A DNA stretch of 56,029 bases from contig JAIPJR010000003.1 of NCBI GenBank assembly GCA_021734045.1, forward strand, positions 1 to 56,029. The letters are read 5' to 3'. Below are positions 18,519 through 27,442 of this stretch, piece after piece. Numbering within the stretch: the first letter of the stretch is position 1; each line of letters opens with the position of its first letter. This stretch comes from Fidelibacterota bacterium (GTDB lineage Bacteria; Fidelibacterota; UBA8477). Position numbers and translations under genes: made by a program. A model generated the notes under the pieces. It made no database searches. It was given only the letters and a program-made list of their open reading frames with translations, and had not been told where the DNA came from.

Positions 18519-19358
18519 TCATGCCGAAGCAATTCCGGGAGGGAAGGTGGGTTTATGCTGCTCATCGAAGAGATCATCCAGGCTCTCAATGTCGCCTTCA
18601 AGCATATCAGCTACGATATCGCCCAGATAAACCTTAAAGCGCTGCGCTAACAGCGTCAGGTCCAGAATGATGTAATTCAATGCGATGGAAACGATTGCAT
18701 AATTTTTGGTCCAGGCCACTTTCAGACCGGGTTTGTCATCAGAGCCCCCCAGAAGCGCGGTCTCTTTATCCACCACCATGAGAATTTTTTTACTCCAAAT
18801 TCTGACCAGCTTGGTGGTTTTCAGGTTGTAGGAAAAAACCATTCCCACATCCTGGGGAATTTCCGTAAAAGAAAAGATTAAAATCTTTACCCCGCGTGCT
18901 TCCGCCTCCCGCAAATCCTCCACAAGATGATCGTATTCCGGCCGCCAGATGGAGAGATAAATGGTTTCCCGTGCCGCCTGAATCATGGATTTGGCACGCT
19001 GCAGCATATTGTCGTAGCCAACGATATTCCACAAATCCCCCACTTCCATGGTGGTATGGATAGATTTCAGAGAATTCTTCAATTCATCAATGTCACTGGT
19101 AAAGCGCTGCTCCAGCAATTCAAACAAATGATCGGGTGGTAGTGGAATGTAGCGCGTGGGATTGGTATCGGTTACACTTACCAGACCCATGGTTTCCAGC
19201 CGTTTCAGAATTTCGTAAATGGCGGAGCGTGGAACCCCTGACTTACCGCTGATTTCATACCCTGTAGCCGGATTGGCGCGTAACAATGTCAGGTACGCTT
19301 TGCTCTCGTTCGCGGTGAATCCCAGGCTCTTCAGTGTGGCAATAATTTTACTATCCAT
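18519..19358 (-). CDS. TrmB family transcriptional regulator
   Basis: LGFTANESKAYLTLL...ATGYEISGKSGVPRSAIYEILKRL winged HTH plus a C-terminal effector domain. ATG 19358 follows GAGG. Confidence 0.9.
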   Translation of the reverse strand: MDSKIIATLKSLGFTANESKAYLTLLRANPATGYEISGKSGVPRSAIYEILKRLETMGLVSVTDTNPTRYIPLPPDHLFELLEQRFTSDIDELKNSLKSIHTTMEVGDLWNIVGYDNMLQRAKSMIQAARETIYLSIWRPEYDHLVEDLREAEARGVKILIFSFTEIPQDVGMVFSYNLKTTKLVRIWSKKILMVVDKETALLGGSDDKPGLKVAWTKNYAIVSIALNYIILDLTLLAQRFKVYLGDIVADMLEGDIESLDDLFDEQHKPTFPPGIASA

Positions 19359-19372
19359 TGGTGCCTCGCATA

Positions 19373-19394
19373 CGTTACTCACTAATTAGTCACG
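19373..19394. promoter_or_regulatory. Candidate TrmB autoregulatory operator
   Basis: CGTTACTC-N6-TAGTCACG lies just downstream of the trmB -10 box. Confidence 0.7.
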
Positions 19395-19398
19395 CTTC

Positions 19399-19427
19399 AA
19401 TATAACGGACGAATCACGTCCCTTCAA
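19399..19427 (-). promoter_or_regulatory. sigma70-type promoter of trmB
   Basis: The minus strand reads TTGAAG-N17-TATATT. Confidence 0.7.
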
Positions 19428-19522
19428 GCCGATATTAGCCTGTTGCCTGCACGCTGCAAACGGGATATGTCTGCATGAGGATGGAAAATATTCATTGCAT
19501 CTATTTAGCGGGTTAGGTTAAA

Positions 19523-20158
19523 TTGGAAACGATGGACACGGAAATCGTTTTCAGCGATACGAGACGGCGGGTGCTGCAGTACTTTGAAACACAAATCCAC
19601 CGCACCGGTCTGGGCGCCTTCACGGTGGACCAAATGTCCCGGGAGCTGAAAATCTCCAAACGAACCATTTATCAGGAATTCCCCAACAAAGCAGCCATCG
19701 TAAGTGCCTTTGTGGACACAGTCAAAGGGCGGTTGGATGAGCATTTCCACGCTATTGATGCACTGGACCTGCGTCCCGCCCAACGGCTCATTCTGGCCTT
19801 CAAAGGTGTTTTAGATATCCTCACCCCTTTTTTGAACCAAACCATCTCTGATCTGAAACAACTCTATCCAGATATTTGGCATGGCCTTGTTCAATTCAGA
19901 ATGGAAAAGTTTAACCACCTGTTCAACCTACTCCATCAAGCCCAGGGTGATGGCGACCTGAACCCCAACCTGAATCTGGATCGTCTGGCCTACCTCTTGC
20001 CCCGGGTCATGGATGAACTGTTCCAACCGGAAATCGTCTTTCATCCCGATCATGCATCCCGCGACATGGTGAAAGAGGTGTTCTTAATTCTGTTCCAGGG
20101 TATTTTCGCCGGTAAAATACGTGATTCCTTCCTCCAACTTTTTAATGAAAATGAGTAG
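19523..20158 (+). CDS. TetR/AcrR family regulator (start may be ATG 19532)
   Basis: FTVDQMSRELKISKRTIYQEFPNK HTH motif. Confidence 0.9.
   Translation: METMDTEIVFSDTRRRVLQYFETQIHRTGLGAFTVDQMSRELKISKRTIYQEFPNKAAIVSAFVDTVKGRLDEHFHAIDALDLRPAQRLILAFKGVLDILTPFLNQTISDLKQLYPDIWHGLVQFRMEKFNHLFNLLHQAQGDGDLNPNLNLDRLAYLLPRVMDELFQPEIVFHPDHASRDMVKEVFLILFQGIFAGKIRDSFLQLFNENE
19524..19553. promoter_or_regulatory. Candidate TetR operator overlapping the tetR start
   Basis: TGGAAACGAT-N10-ATCGTTTTCA, a 9/10 inverted match. Confidence 0.45.
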
Positions 20159-20161
20159 TAC

Positions 20162-22441
20162 ATGAAGCGATTGGTTGAATTCATCACCCGTCACCCCAAA
20201 TCGGTCATTGCCTTTACCCTACTTTTTATCGGCGTCATGGCGGCTCCGCTGGGACGCCTGACAATTGACCCGGATATGCTGTCACTCATCGACCAGAATG
20301 ATCCGGACCTGGTTCGTATGGACGAGATTGATGAGATTTTCGGCGGTCAGGACATCGCCATTATCTCCGTTGCAGCGGAGAATGCATTCCACCCCAGAAT
20401 TTTGCAGATCGTAGACAGCCTGACGCAGGCAATCGAGGGAATGGATTATGTGGATCGGGTTACCAGCATCACCAACGTGGAGATTATCCGCGGTGCCAAT
20501 GATTTCATGTCGGTTGATCCCTTCCTGGAAGTTATTCCCAGTTCGCAAGAGGAACAGGATAGCCTGGGTCACTTGGCGGCGCAGGAAAAACTCATCCAGG
20601 ACATTCTGATTTCAGACGACCAGACCCATACTGCTATTCTCGTTTTTCTTAGTGAAGGCGGCTATGATGAGGTCCTGTATCGTCAGTTCAAATCATTCAC
20701 GGATCGCTATCAATCGGAGGATGTTATCATAGAGCTGGGTGGCATGCCCATTATCCGCTACCATATCTCTGCGGATATTGAGCATGATGTGGTCACCTTC
20801 ATTCCTCTGGGTATGTCACTCATGGTTATTCTGTTATTCTTCAGTTTCCGTTCGTGGCGAGGTGTGCTGCTACCCATGGGTGTGGTGGCCATGTCCATCG
20901 CTGCCACATTGGGCTTGATGGCCTGGCTGGATATTTCACTGAAAATTGTTACCAACCTCGTTCCGGTAATGCTTATCGCCATTGCCAATGCCTATGGTAT
21001 TCACATTCTGGCACGCTACTACGAAGATGTACGCGAGCTGGGAGCAGGCGCTCCCATTCATGATATCATCTATCGGGGTATTAAACACATTTCAACGCCC
21101 ATCTTACTGGCGGGTGTTACTACCATAGCGGGCTTTTTATCCCTGCTCTCTCATGTCCTGCCCGCTTCACGGGAAGTGGGTATCCTGAGTGCATTCGGAA
21201 TTGCTTTATCATTCATTTTATCCATCACATTTATTCCGGCAGTGTTGACACTATTGCGTCGGCCAAGTGCTACGGAGAACATTCACAATGACGAAAGTCG
21301 GTATATTTCCCGGGTGCTCAGCCACCTAGGTGATGCGGTTTACCACCACCAGAAGCTTACCCTGACCATATTCATTGGACTCACCATCATCGCCGCCTTT
21401 GGGATTCCCCAGATTGTGGTGGACAGCAATCCTCTGAATTATTACGAGAAAGGTTCGGAAATCCACCGCATCAGCACCGTGATTAATGAAAATTATGGTG
21501 GTTCCTCCAGTATGTCAGTGGTTGTGGAAGGGGATATCCGTGAACCGGTGGTATTAAAACAGATTGAAGCGATTCAAAGTTACCTGGACACGCTGCCGGA
21601 CATCGGATATACCATGTCCATAGTGGACTTCATCAAAGAGATGAATGCTGCTATGCACAACAACGATCCCCGCTATTACCGCATTCCAGAATCCCGGGAC
21701 CTGGTCGCCCAGTACTTACTCCTCTACTCTTTTGAAAGCAGTGAAGGCACGCTGGATACCTATGTGGATTATGAGTATTACCAGGCCCAGGTGGTTATTC
21801 GCATATCCACCTTTGATGTGGATCGGATGGTGGTGATTGAGAACAAGCTGAATCAATTCCTGGACGAGAATATCCGGGTGGACAATCAGCCCAAGGCGGA
21901 AGGTTACGCTGTTCTTATCGCCCATCTGATTCCCATGATGGTAAATGGTCAAATCCGTAGCCTTTTTGTTTCGCTCTTTTTTGTAGCGGTCATCGTTGGT
22001 CTTTTTTTCCGCTCAGGAATGGCCGCATTATTCTCGGTTCTGCCCTTAACCACCGGCGTGGTGAGTGTATTTGGTCTCATGGGATATTTTGATGTCTATC
22101 TCAATGCCGGAACCTCCATGCTCAGCTCCATTGTCGTGGGCGTGGGTATTGACTACACGATTCACTTTTTGTACCGGTTTCGTCTGGAGATCCGCCAGGG
22201 CGCCAGTGATCTGGATGCCTTGCACACCACGTTGAAGACGACCGGCCAGGGAATTTTGTTTAACGCGCTTGCGGTAATGGTTGGCTTTTCCGTCAACATG
22301 CTATCTAATTTCTTGCCCATTTACTTTTTCGGGTGGCTCATCCTGGTTTCCATTTTGGTGTGTACCATTGGTGCCATGACACTGTTGCCCGGATTAATCA
22401 TGCAAATCAGGCCAAAGTTTGTCTATGGAGAGAGGCGTTAA
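20162..22441 (+). CDS. MMPL/RND family transporter, copy 1
   Basis: Two 1+5 TM repeats; IANAYGIH, TTIAGFLSL, GVGIDYTIH. Confidence 0.9.
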   Translation: MKRLVEFITRHPKSVIAFTLLFIGVMAAPLGRLTIDPDMLSLIDQNDPDLVRMDEIDEIFGGQDIAIISVAAENAFHPRILQIVDSLTQAIEGMDYVDRVTSITNVEIIRGANDFMSVDPFLEVIPSSQEEQDSLGHLAAQEKLIQDILISDDQTHTAILVFLSEGGYDEVLYRQFKSFTDRYQSEDVIIELGGMPIIRYHISADIEHDVVTFIPLGMSLMVILLFFSFRSWRGVLLPMGVVAMSIAATLGLMAWLDISLKIVTNLVPVMLIAIANAYGIHILARYYEDVRELGAGAPIHDIIYRGIKHISTPILLAGVTTIAGFLSLLSHVLPASREVGILSAFGIALSFILSITFIPAVLTLLRRPSATENIHNDESRYISRVLSHLGDAVYHHQKLTLTIFIGLTIIAAFGIPQIVVDSNPLNYYEKGSEIHRISTVINENYGGSSSMSVVVEGDIREPVVLKQIEAIQSYLDTLPDIGYTMSIVDFIKEMNAAMHNNDPRYYRIPESRDLVAQYLLLYSFESSEGTLDTYVDYEYYQAQVVIRISTFDVDRMVVIENKLNQFLDENIRVDNQPKAEGYAVLIAHLIPMMVNGQIRSLFVSLFFVAVIVGLFFRSGMAALFSVLPLTTGVVSVFGLMGYFDVYLNAGTSMLSSIVVGVGIDYTIHFLYRFRLEIRQGASDLDALHTTLKTTGQGILFNALAVMVGFSVNMLSNFLPIYFFGWLILVSILVCTIGAMTLLPGLIMQIRPKFVYGERR

Positions 22442-22523
22442 ATTGAGACAGCCCATTCATTCAAACACAATTCACACCAGAGAAGTCTCTGGCAAATGGA
22501 AACACAAAACCCCGGGAGGTTTT

Positions 22524-23300
22524 ATGCGACACAGTCGGTATTGGATTCTGTTCCCCCTGGTCACCAGTATTGTGCTGGCTGAAACAGGCTTGGAAATCAT
22601 GGAGAAATTGGACGCTCAACCGGCGCCGGAGAATATGAACGCGGTGGTGACCATGACACTGGAAAACAAGCGGGGACAGCAACGTATCCGTACCATTCAG
22701 CGTTACCAGAAAGAATACACCGATGGTGAATTTGAAAACAAGTCCCTGATTTTCTTTCTGGAACCGGCGGACGAGCGGGGCACAGGTTTTTTACAATGGA
22801 ATTACCGCGAAGCGGGCAAGGATGATGATCAATGGCTTTACCTGCCCGCTCTGGGACGGGAGAAGCGCATTGCCGCTGCGGAGAAGAATTCCGAGTTCAT
22901 GGGGACCGATTTCACCTATGAGGATATGGGTGACCGGGACATTAGCAAATACACCTACAAGCTACTGGGCGAGGAGACCCTCGCCGGGGAAGCCTGCTGG
23001 AAAATCGAAGGACAGGCTAAGGACAAATCCCGGACCTATCAGCGGATGCTATCCTGGATCTCCAAGGAAAAAATACAGCCTCTCCGGGTTGATTTTTTCG
23101 ACAAGCGTGATGACCAGATCAAGGTGCTGGAAATGAGTGATTATGAACAGATTAACGGTTTTTGGATTGCCAAAACCATGCACATGCAAAACTTGAAAAA
23201 GAAGCATCAGACAACGCTGGCAATTCAGGAGATTGACCTGAAAAAAGTGCTGAATGATGACCTTTTCACCATTCGCATGCTAAAACGGGGGGTGCGATGA
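22524..23300 (+). CDS. Outer-membrane lipoprotein-sorting (LolA-like) periplasmic protein
   Basis: Signal peptide; FLEPADERGTGFL, DDQWLYLPAL, FMGTDFTYEDM. ATG 22524 follows GGAGG. Confidence 0.85.
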   Translation: MRHSRYWILFPLVTSIVLAETGLEIMEKLDAQPAPENMNAVVTMTLENKRGQQRIRTIQRYQKEYTDGEFENKSLIFFLEPADERGTGFLQWNYREAGKDDDQWLYLPALGREKRIAAAEKNSEFMGTDFTYEDMGDRDISKYTYKLLGEETLAGEACWKIEGQAKDKSRTYQRMLSWISKEKIQPLRVDFFDKRDDQIKVLEMSDYEQINGFWIAKTMHMQNLKKKHQTTLAIQEIDLKKVLNDDLFTIRMLKRGVR

Positions 23301-24637
23301 GTCGTTCTGTATCACGCCTGTTTGGGCTAATATTGTTGTTTGGCGTGACCATCCTTCACGCGGACATTCGACTGGGCGGGTACCTGCGTCCCTACACCGC
23401 CGTTAATTTGAATTCACCCAATAACTATATGATTATGGAAGAGAAGGCGCGTTTGAAGACCACGCTGAGTGGATTCGATGCCCGGGGCGTCTTTGTTCTT
23501 GATGCCCGGCATGATCATCTTACCGGCCGGTCGAATTGGGATTTTAATGAGGCGTATGTGGATCTGTTTTTCGATAAAGCTGATGTGCGTATCGGCAAGC
23601 AGCAGGTGGTTTGGGGGAAGGCTGACGGTATTCCCATTAATGACATTGTTTGCCCCTGGGACTTGCAGGACTTCATTCTGCAGGATTTTGATGACATCCG
23701 GATTGGCCTGAACATGATAAAAACCAATGTCTATCTGCCGATTGTCAACCTGGAAGCTTTGTGGATTCCACAATTCCAACCCATGCAATTGGCCCAAACC
23801 GGACCCTGGGTATTTCAACTACCTACCACGGCCACAATGCCGGTTTACATGGGTTTGGATACCACCACCATGCCCCCGCAGCCTATCGTGGGAATGCAAA
23901 CCTTTAAGATGGGTTACGCCTACGGTGAATATCCGGGTAATAATCTGGGTAATAGTGAATTTGGATTCCGGTTGTATGGATTTAATTGGGGTTTCGACTG
24001 GGCGCTGAACTATTTGAATGGCTGGGATGACACACCAGCACTTGAGCAACAGAAATTGGTTACCACCGACAGTCTTCTCAATCTGCAGACCTATTATCGC
24101 ACGCAAATGCTGGGGCTGAATTTTTCCCGTCCCGTCTTATCGGGCGTCCTCAGGGCTGAAGGCGGTTATTACTTGGGAAAGCGATTTAATCAAGTCTCCG
24201 AGCGCACACCATCGCTCACCAATCCAATGGTTCTGGAATTAGTCCCGATTGAGAAACCCTATCTCCAATACATGGTGGGTTGGGATCAGAACTGGAGAAC
24301 CTGGTTGAATCTCAGCGGTCAGTACATTGAACAGCGGATTCTGGATTACGAAGAAACGCTTCAAAATGAGGAAGTAAACCGCATGATTTCGCTGCTGTTG
24401 CGGGGTAGTTTTATGAATGAGACGCTTTCCTACCAGGTTCTGGCGTTGGCAAATCTGGCGTATGAGGATGCGCTGGTGCGCTCCATGGTGACCTATGATT
24501 TTGCCGATGGGCTTCGTCTGATTTTGGGGCTGGACGTCTTAAAATCAGGAAAAACCAGTACCAGCTTCCGCCAGTTTGATTTCGGCCGGTTTGACCAAAA
24601 CGATAATGTCTATCTGAAGGCGCAATATTCTTTTTAG
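23297..24637 (+). CDS. DUF1302-like outer-membrane beta-barrel protein
   Basis: Signal peptide; EAYVD, RIGKQQVVWGKADG; C-terminal YLKAQYSF. Confidence 0.75.
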   Translation: MSRSVSRLFGLILLFGVTILHADIRLGGYLRPYTAVNLNSPNNYMIMEEKARLKTTLSGFDARGVFVLDARHDHLTGRSNWDFNEAYVDLFFDKADVRIGKQQVVWGKADGIPINDIVCPWDLQDFILQDFDDIRIGLNMIKTNVYLPIVNLEALWIPQFQPMQLAQTGPWVFQLPTTATMPVYMGLDTTTMPPQPIVGMQTFKMGYAYGEYPGNNLGNSEFGFRLYGFNWGFDWALNYLNGWDDTPALEQQKLVTTDSLLNLQTYYRTQMLGLNFSRPVLSGVLRAEGGYYLGKRFNQVSERTPSLTNPMVLELVPIEKPYLQYMVGWDQNWRTWLNLSGQYIEQRILDYEETLQNEEVNRMISLLLRGSFMNETLSYQVLALANLAYEDALVRSMVTYDFADGLRLILGLDVLKSGKTSTSFRQFDFGRFDQNDNVYLKAQYSF

Positions 24638-24763
24638 CCGGTATTTCCGGCTGCTCACAGGCGCCTGTCCACACAGACCAGGCGTTTTCATACGGAGAGA
24701 ATGGATTTTTCAGGGGGTTGTCTGCAATAACCGGGGAATGAACCCAGCTTGGAGAGGTTTGAT

Positions 24764-27049
24764 ATGAAAATGCTACGTACTATTCTGGCCTATCCCCGCA
24801 CCGCAATTGCTTTCGCGCTATTTATCACGGTGGTTTTCCTGCGTCAGATTCCTGGTCTCCAGGTGGATACCAATGTGAAAAACATGCTGCCCAAAGATAT
24901 GCCAATCATTCAGGCTCTGGATGAATTGGAGGAGATCTTCGGCGGATCAGAAATCGTGGTGATAGCTGTTTCGGCAGACAATCTGTGGGAGCCCGGCACA
25001 CTTCGGGAACTCTCGGCCGTGGGTGACTCACTGGCAGAATTACCCGCCATGGACAGGGTTATGTCCATTTTTTCCGCATTCAATCTGGAAAGCTCACCGG
25101 AAGGTTTTTCCGTCGAAGATTTGATTCCTGAAATGCCGCAGACACCGGCGGATGTGGAAGCCGTTAAAATGCGTATCCGGGAAAATGACCTGGCTTATGG
25201 TACCCTGGTGGCGGAGGATTTTCAATCGTTGGCATTTATTGGTCTTCTCCAGCCTTCCTATGACATTGATGATAATCAGCTCCGGAACGATGTGGAACAC
25301 CTGGTTGAAAAAGCCCGGTCGGCAGGATACGAGGTTTACGCCTCCGGCCTTCCAATGACCCGGTCCTACATCGCCCTCCATATGGGAACGGATATGCGCC
25401 GGTTCCTGCCCTACGGCATCATTATCATGATTCTGCTGTTGGCAATTAGCTTCCGCAGCTGGATGGGCGTGTTTCTGCCCCTGATGATTGTGATTATGAG
25501 CATCATTTGGACCTTCGGGTTCATGGCCATTTTTGGCATCAAATTCACCTTCGTCGCCATGCTGATCCCGGTCATGCTCATTGCCATTGCCAATGACTAC
25601 GGGATTCACATCATCGCCCGGTATTTCGAGTCGATTCGAACCGACCCCCAAATCCCGAAACACGAGCGGATTATGGCTGTAATGCGGAGTCTGGGAATGC
25701 CTATTTTTCTGGCGGGAATTACCACCATCATAGGTTTTCTCAGTCTGCTGAGCCACGTGTTGGTGGACGCCCGAAAAGTGGCGGTGATGGCTTCCTTTGG
25801 CATTTTCGTGGCATTCATCCTGAGTCTGGGTGTGATTCCCGCCGCCATGTTATTACTGCGTATTCCCCGTGTGGTGGAAAACGGGAATCAGGACCGGCGC
25901 TTCGATGGGTTTCTGCGTGGCTGGATTAACTTTTTCACCGCCAACCCTAAACAGGTGTTGGCAGGTACGGTTGTCATTCTCATCATAATAGGGCTGGGCA
26001 TTCCCAAAATCGTTGTGGATACAGACCCCAATCATTATTACAAAGTAAACGATCCGGTTCGGGTGAATAATGAGAAGATAGGCGATTTGTTTGGCGGTTC
26101 CACCCAGTTGTCGGTAATGGTGGAGGGTGACATCAAATCGCCCGAAATTCTGAATGAGATGATGACACTCAGCGCGTTCATTGAGCGTCATCCCTCGGTT
26201 TCCAACGTCATGTCCATTGCCGATATGATTACCCGCATGAACGAGGCGTTTCATGGCGGCGATTCCACCTACCGAGTGATTCCGGATAACCGGAATCTGG
26301 TTGCCCAATACTTGTTACTCTATTCCATCAGCGGTGACGCTTCCGAACTAGACCGGTATGTGGACTATGATTACGAGAAAGCCCAAATCATCGTGCGGAT
26401 TGACCGGGTGAGTACCACGGAGATAAACGACCTGATAAACGACATCGAAGCTTATGTGGATGAGCACCATGATCGCTCGGTATTCACGGCAGTTACCGGG
26501 TTCGCCACCATTATGGGAATCCTCATTCATCTGTTGGTGATAGGACAGACCTGGTCATTAGGCATTTCACTCTGCATGGTTTTCATCATCACAGCGATCA
26601 TTTTCCGCTCCATCAAAGGTGGTCTGGTGGCATCAGTTCCACTATCCATGGCCATGGTGCTGGTCTTTGGATTGATGGGGTATGCGAAAATTGAGCTGAA
26701 TGCCGCGACAGCCATGCTCAGCAGTATTATGGTGGGCGTGGGGGTTGATTACACCATCCATTTTCTCTGGCATTTGCGGGAATCTATCCGAGATGGCTTA
26801 GCGTTGGAGGAAGCGATCCAAACAACAATGCTGCATTCCGGTAAAGGGATTATTTACAATGCCATGAGCGTGCTGGTGGGCTTTTCGGTATTACTGCTGT
26901 CCACATTTTTACCCATCACCTTCTTTGGGTTTCTAATCGTGTTTTCCATTGGTATGTGTTTGTTTGGCGCGCTGGCGGTTCTGCCTGCGCTGGTGGTGCT
27001 CACCCGGCCACGATTTTTACTGGAAACCTCACGCAGGAAAGGAGCATAA
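24764..27049 (+). CDS. MMPL/RND family transporter, copy 2
   Basis: Paralog of copy 1; IANDYGIH, TTIIGFLSL, GVGVDYTIH. ATG 24764 follows GGAGAGG. Confidence 0.9.
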   Translation: MKMLRTILAYPRTAIAFALFITVVFLRQIPGLQVDTNVKNMLPKDMPIIQALDELEEIFGGSEIVVIAVSADNLWEPGTLRELSAVGDSLAELPAMDRVMSIFSAFNLESSPEGFSVEDLIPEMPQTPADVEAVKMRIRENDLAYGTLVAEDFQSLAFIGLLQPSYDIDDNQLRNDVEHLVEKARSAGYEVYASGLPMTRSYIALHMGTDMRRFLPYGIIIMILLLAISFRSWMGVFLPLMIVIMSIIWTFGFMAIFGIKFTFVAMLIPVMLIAIANDYGIHIIARYFESIRTDPQIPKHERIMAVMRSLGMPIFLAGITTIIGFLSLLSHVLVDARKVAVMASFGIFVAFILSLGVIPAAMLLLRIPRVVENGNQDRRFDGFLRGWINFFTANPKQVLAGTVVILIIIGLGIPKIVVDTDPNHYYKVNDPVRVNNEKIGDLFGGSTQLSVMVEGDIKSPEILNEMMTLSAFIERHPSVSNVMSIADMITRMNEAFHGGDSTYRVIPDNRNLVAQYLLLYSISGDASELDRYVDYDYEKAQIIVRIDRVSTTEINDLINDIEAYVDEHHDRSVFTAVTGFATIMGILIHLLVIGQTWSLGISLCMVFIITAIIFRSIKGGLVASVPLSMAMVLVFGLMGYAKIELNAATAMLSSIMVGVGVDYTIHFLWHLRESIRDGLALEEAIQTTMLHSGKGIIYNAMSVLVGFSVLLLSTFLPITFFGFLIVFSIGMCLFGALAVLPALVVLTRPRFLLETSRRKGA

Positions 27050-27052
27050 CCC

Positions 27053-27391
27053 ATGGAAGCAGCGAAGCGAGATGTGTTTATTGCGCGACTTGTCATTTTA
27101 GGGATTTTGACCATTCTCTTGCCCTGGATTTGGGATGGCCTGGTGTGGCTGTGGAACTGGTATGTGGGCTATGCTGACAGCGATGCCAATTTCTGGCAGG
27201 ATGTGTGGCAGGGGTTTCTCAACAATTTCAGCGTCATTCTCATCATCTACACCATCATCTGCCTGCAGGTTGCCGGTGTCACAGAATTCAAACTGAAACG
27301 ACATTTCCTGCCGGCATTCATCCTGGCGATTTTTCTCACCCCGCCGGGCATGATGGTCGCATACGGGCACCGAAAAAATTCCGCACCTTAA
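27053..27391 (+). CDS. Small hypothetical membrane protein
   Basis: About 3 TM segments, Trp-rich; starts 3 nt after the MMPL2 stop, SD AAGGAG. Confidence 0.6.
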   Translation: MEAAKRDVFIARLVILGILTILLPWIWDGLVWLWNWYVGYADSDANFWQDVWQGFLNNFSVILIIYTIICLQVAGVTEFKLKRHFLPAFILAIFLTPPGMMVAYGHRKNSAP

Positions 27392-27442
27392 CCTGATGTT
27401 TATCTCAGGAGCATCTGGTACGGTTCCTGCCTATATTTGAGT

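Noticed and set aside
22419-22523. N-terminal extensions in the ORF track (also lgt, glgP, trmB, xseA, HU, aldolase, wbpB-like)
   Set aside because: Downstream starts fit the SD sequences, promoter boxes or signal peptides better and avoid long overlaps.
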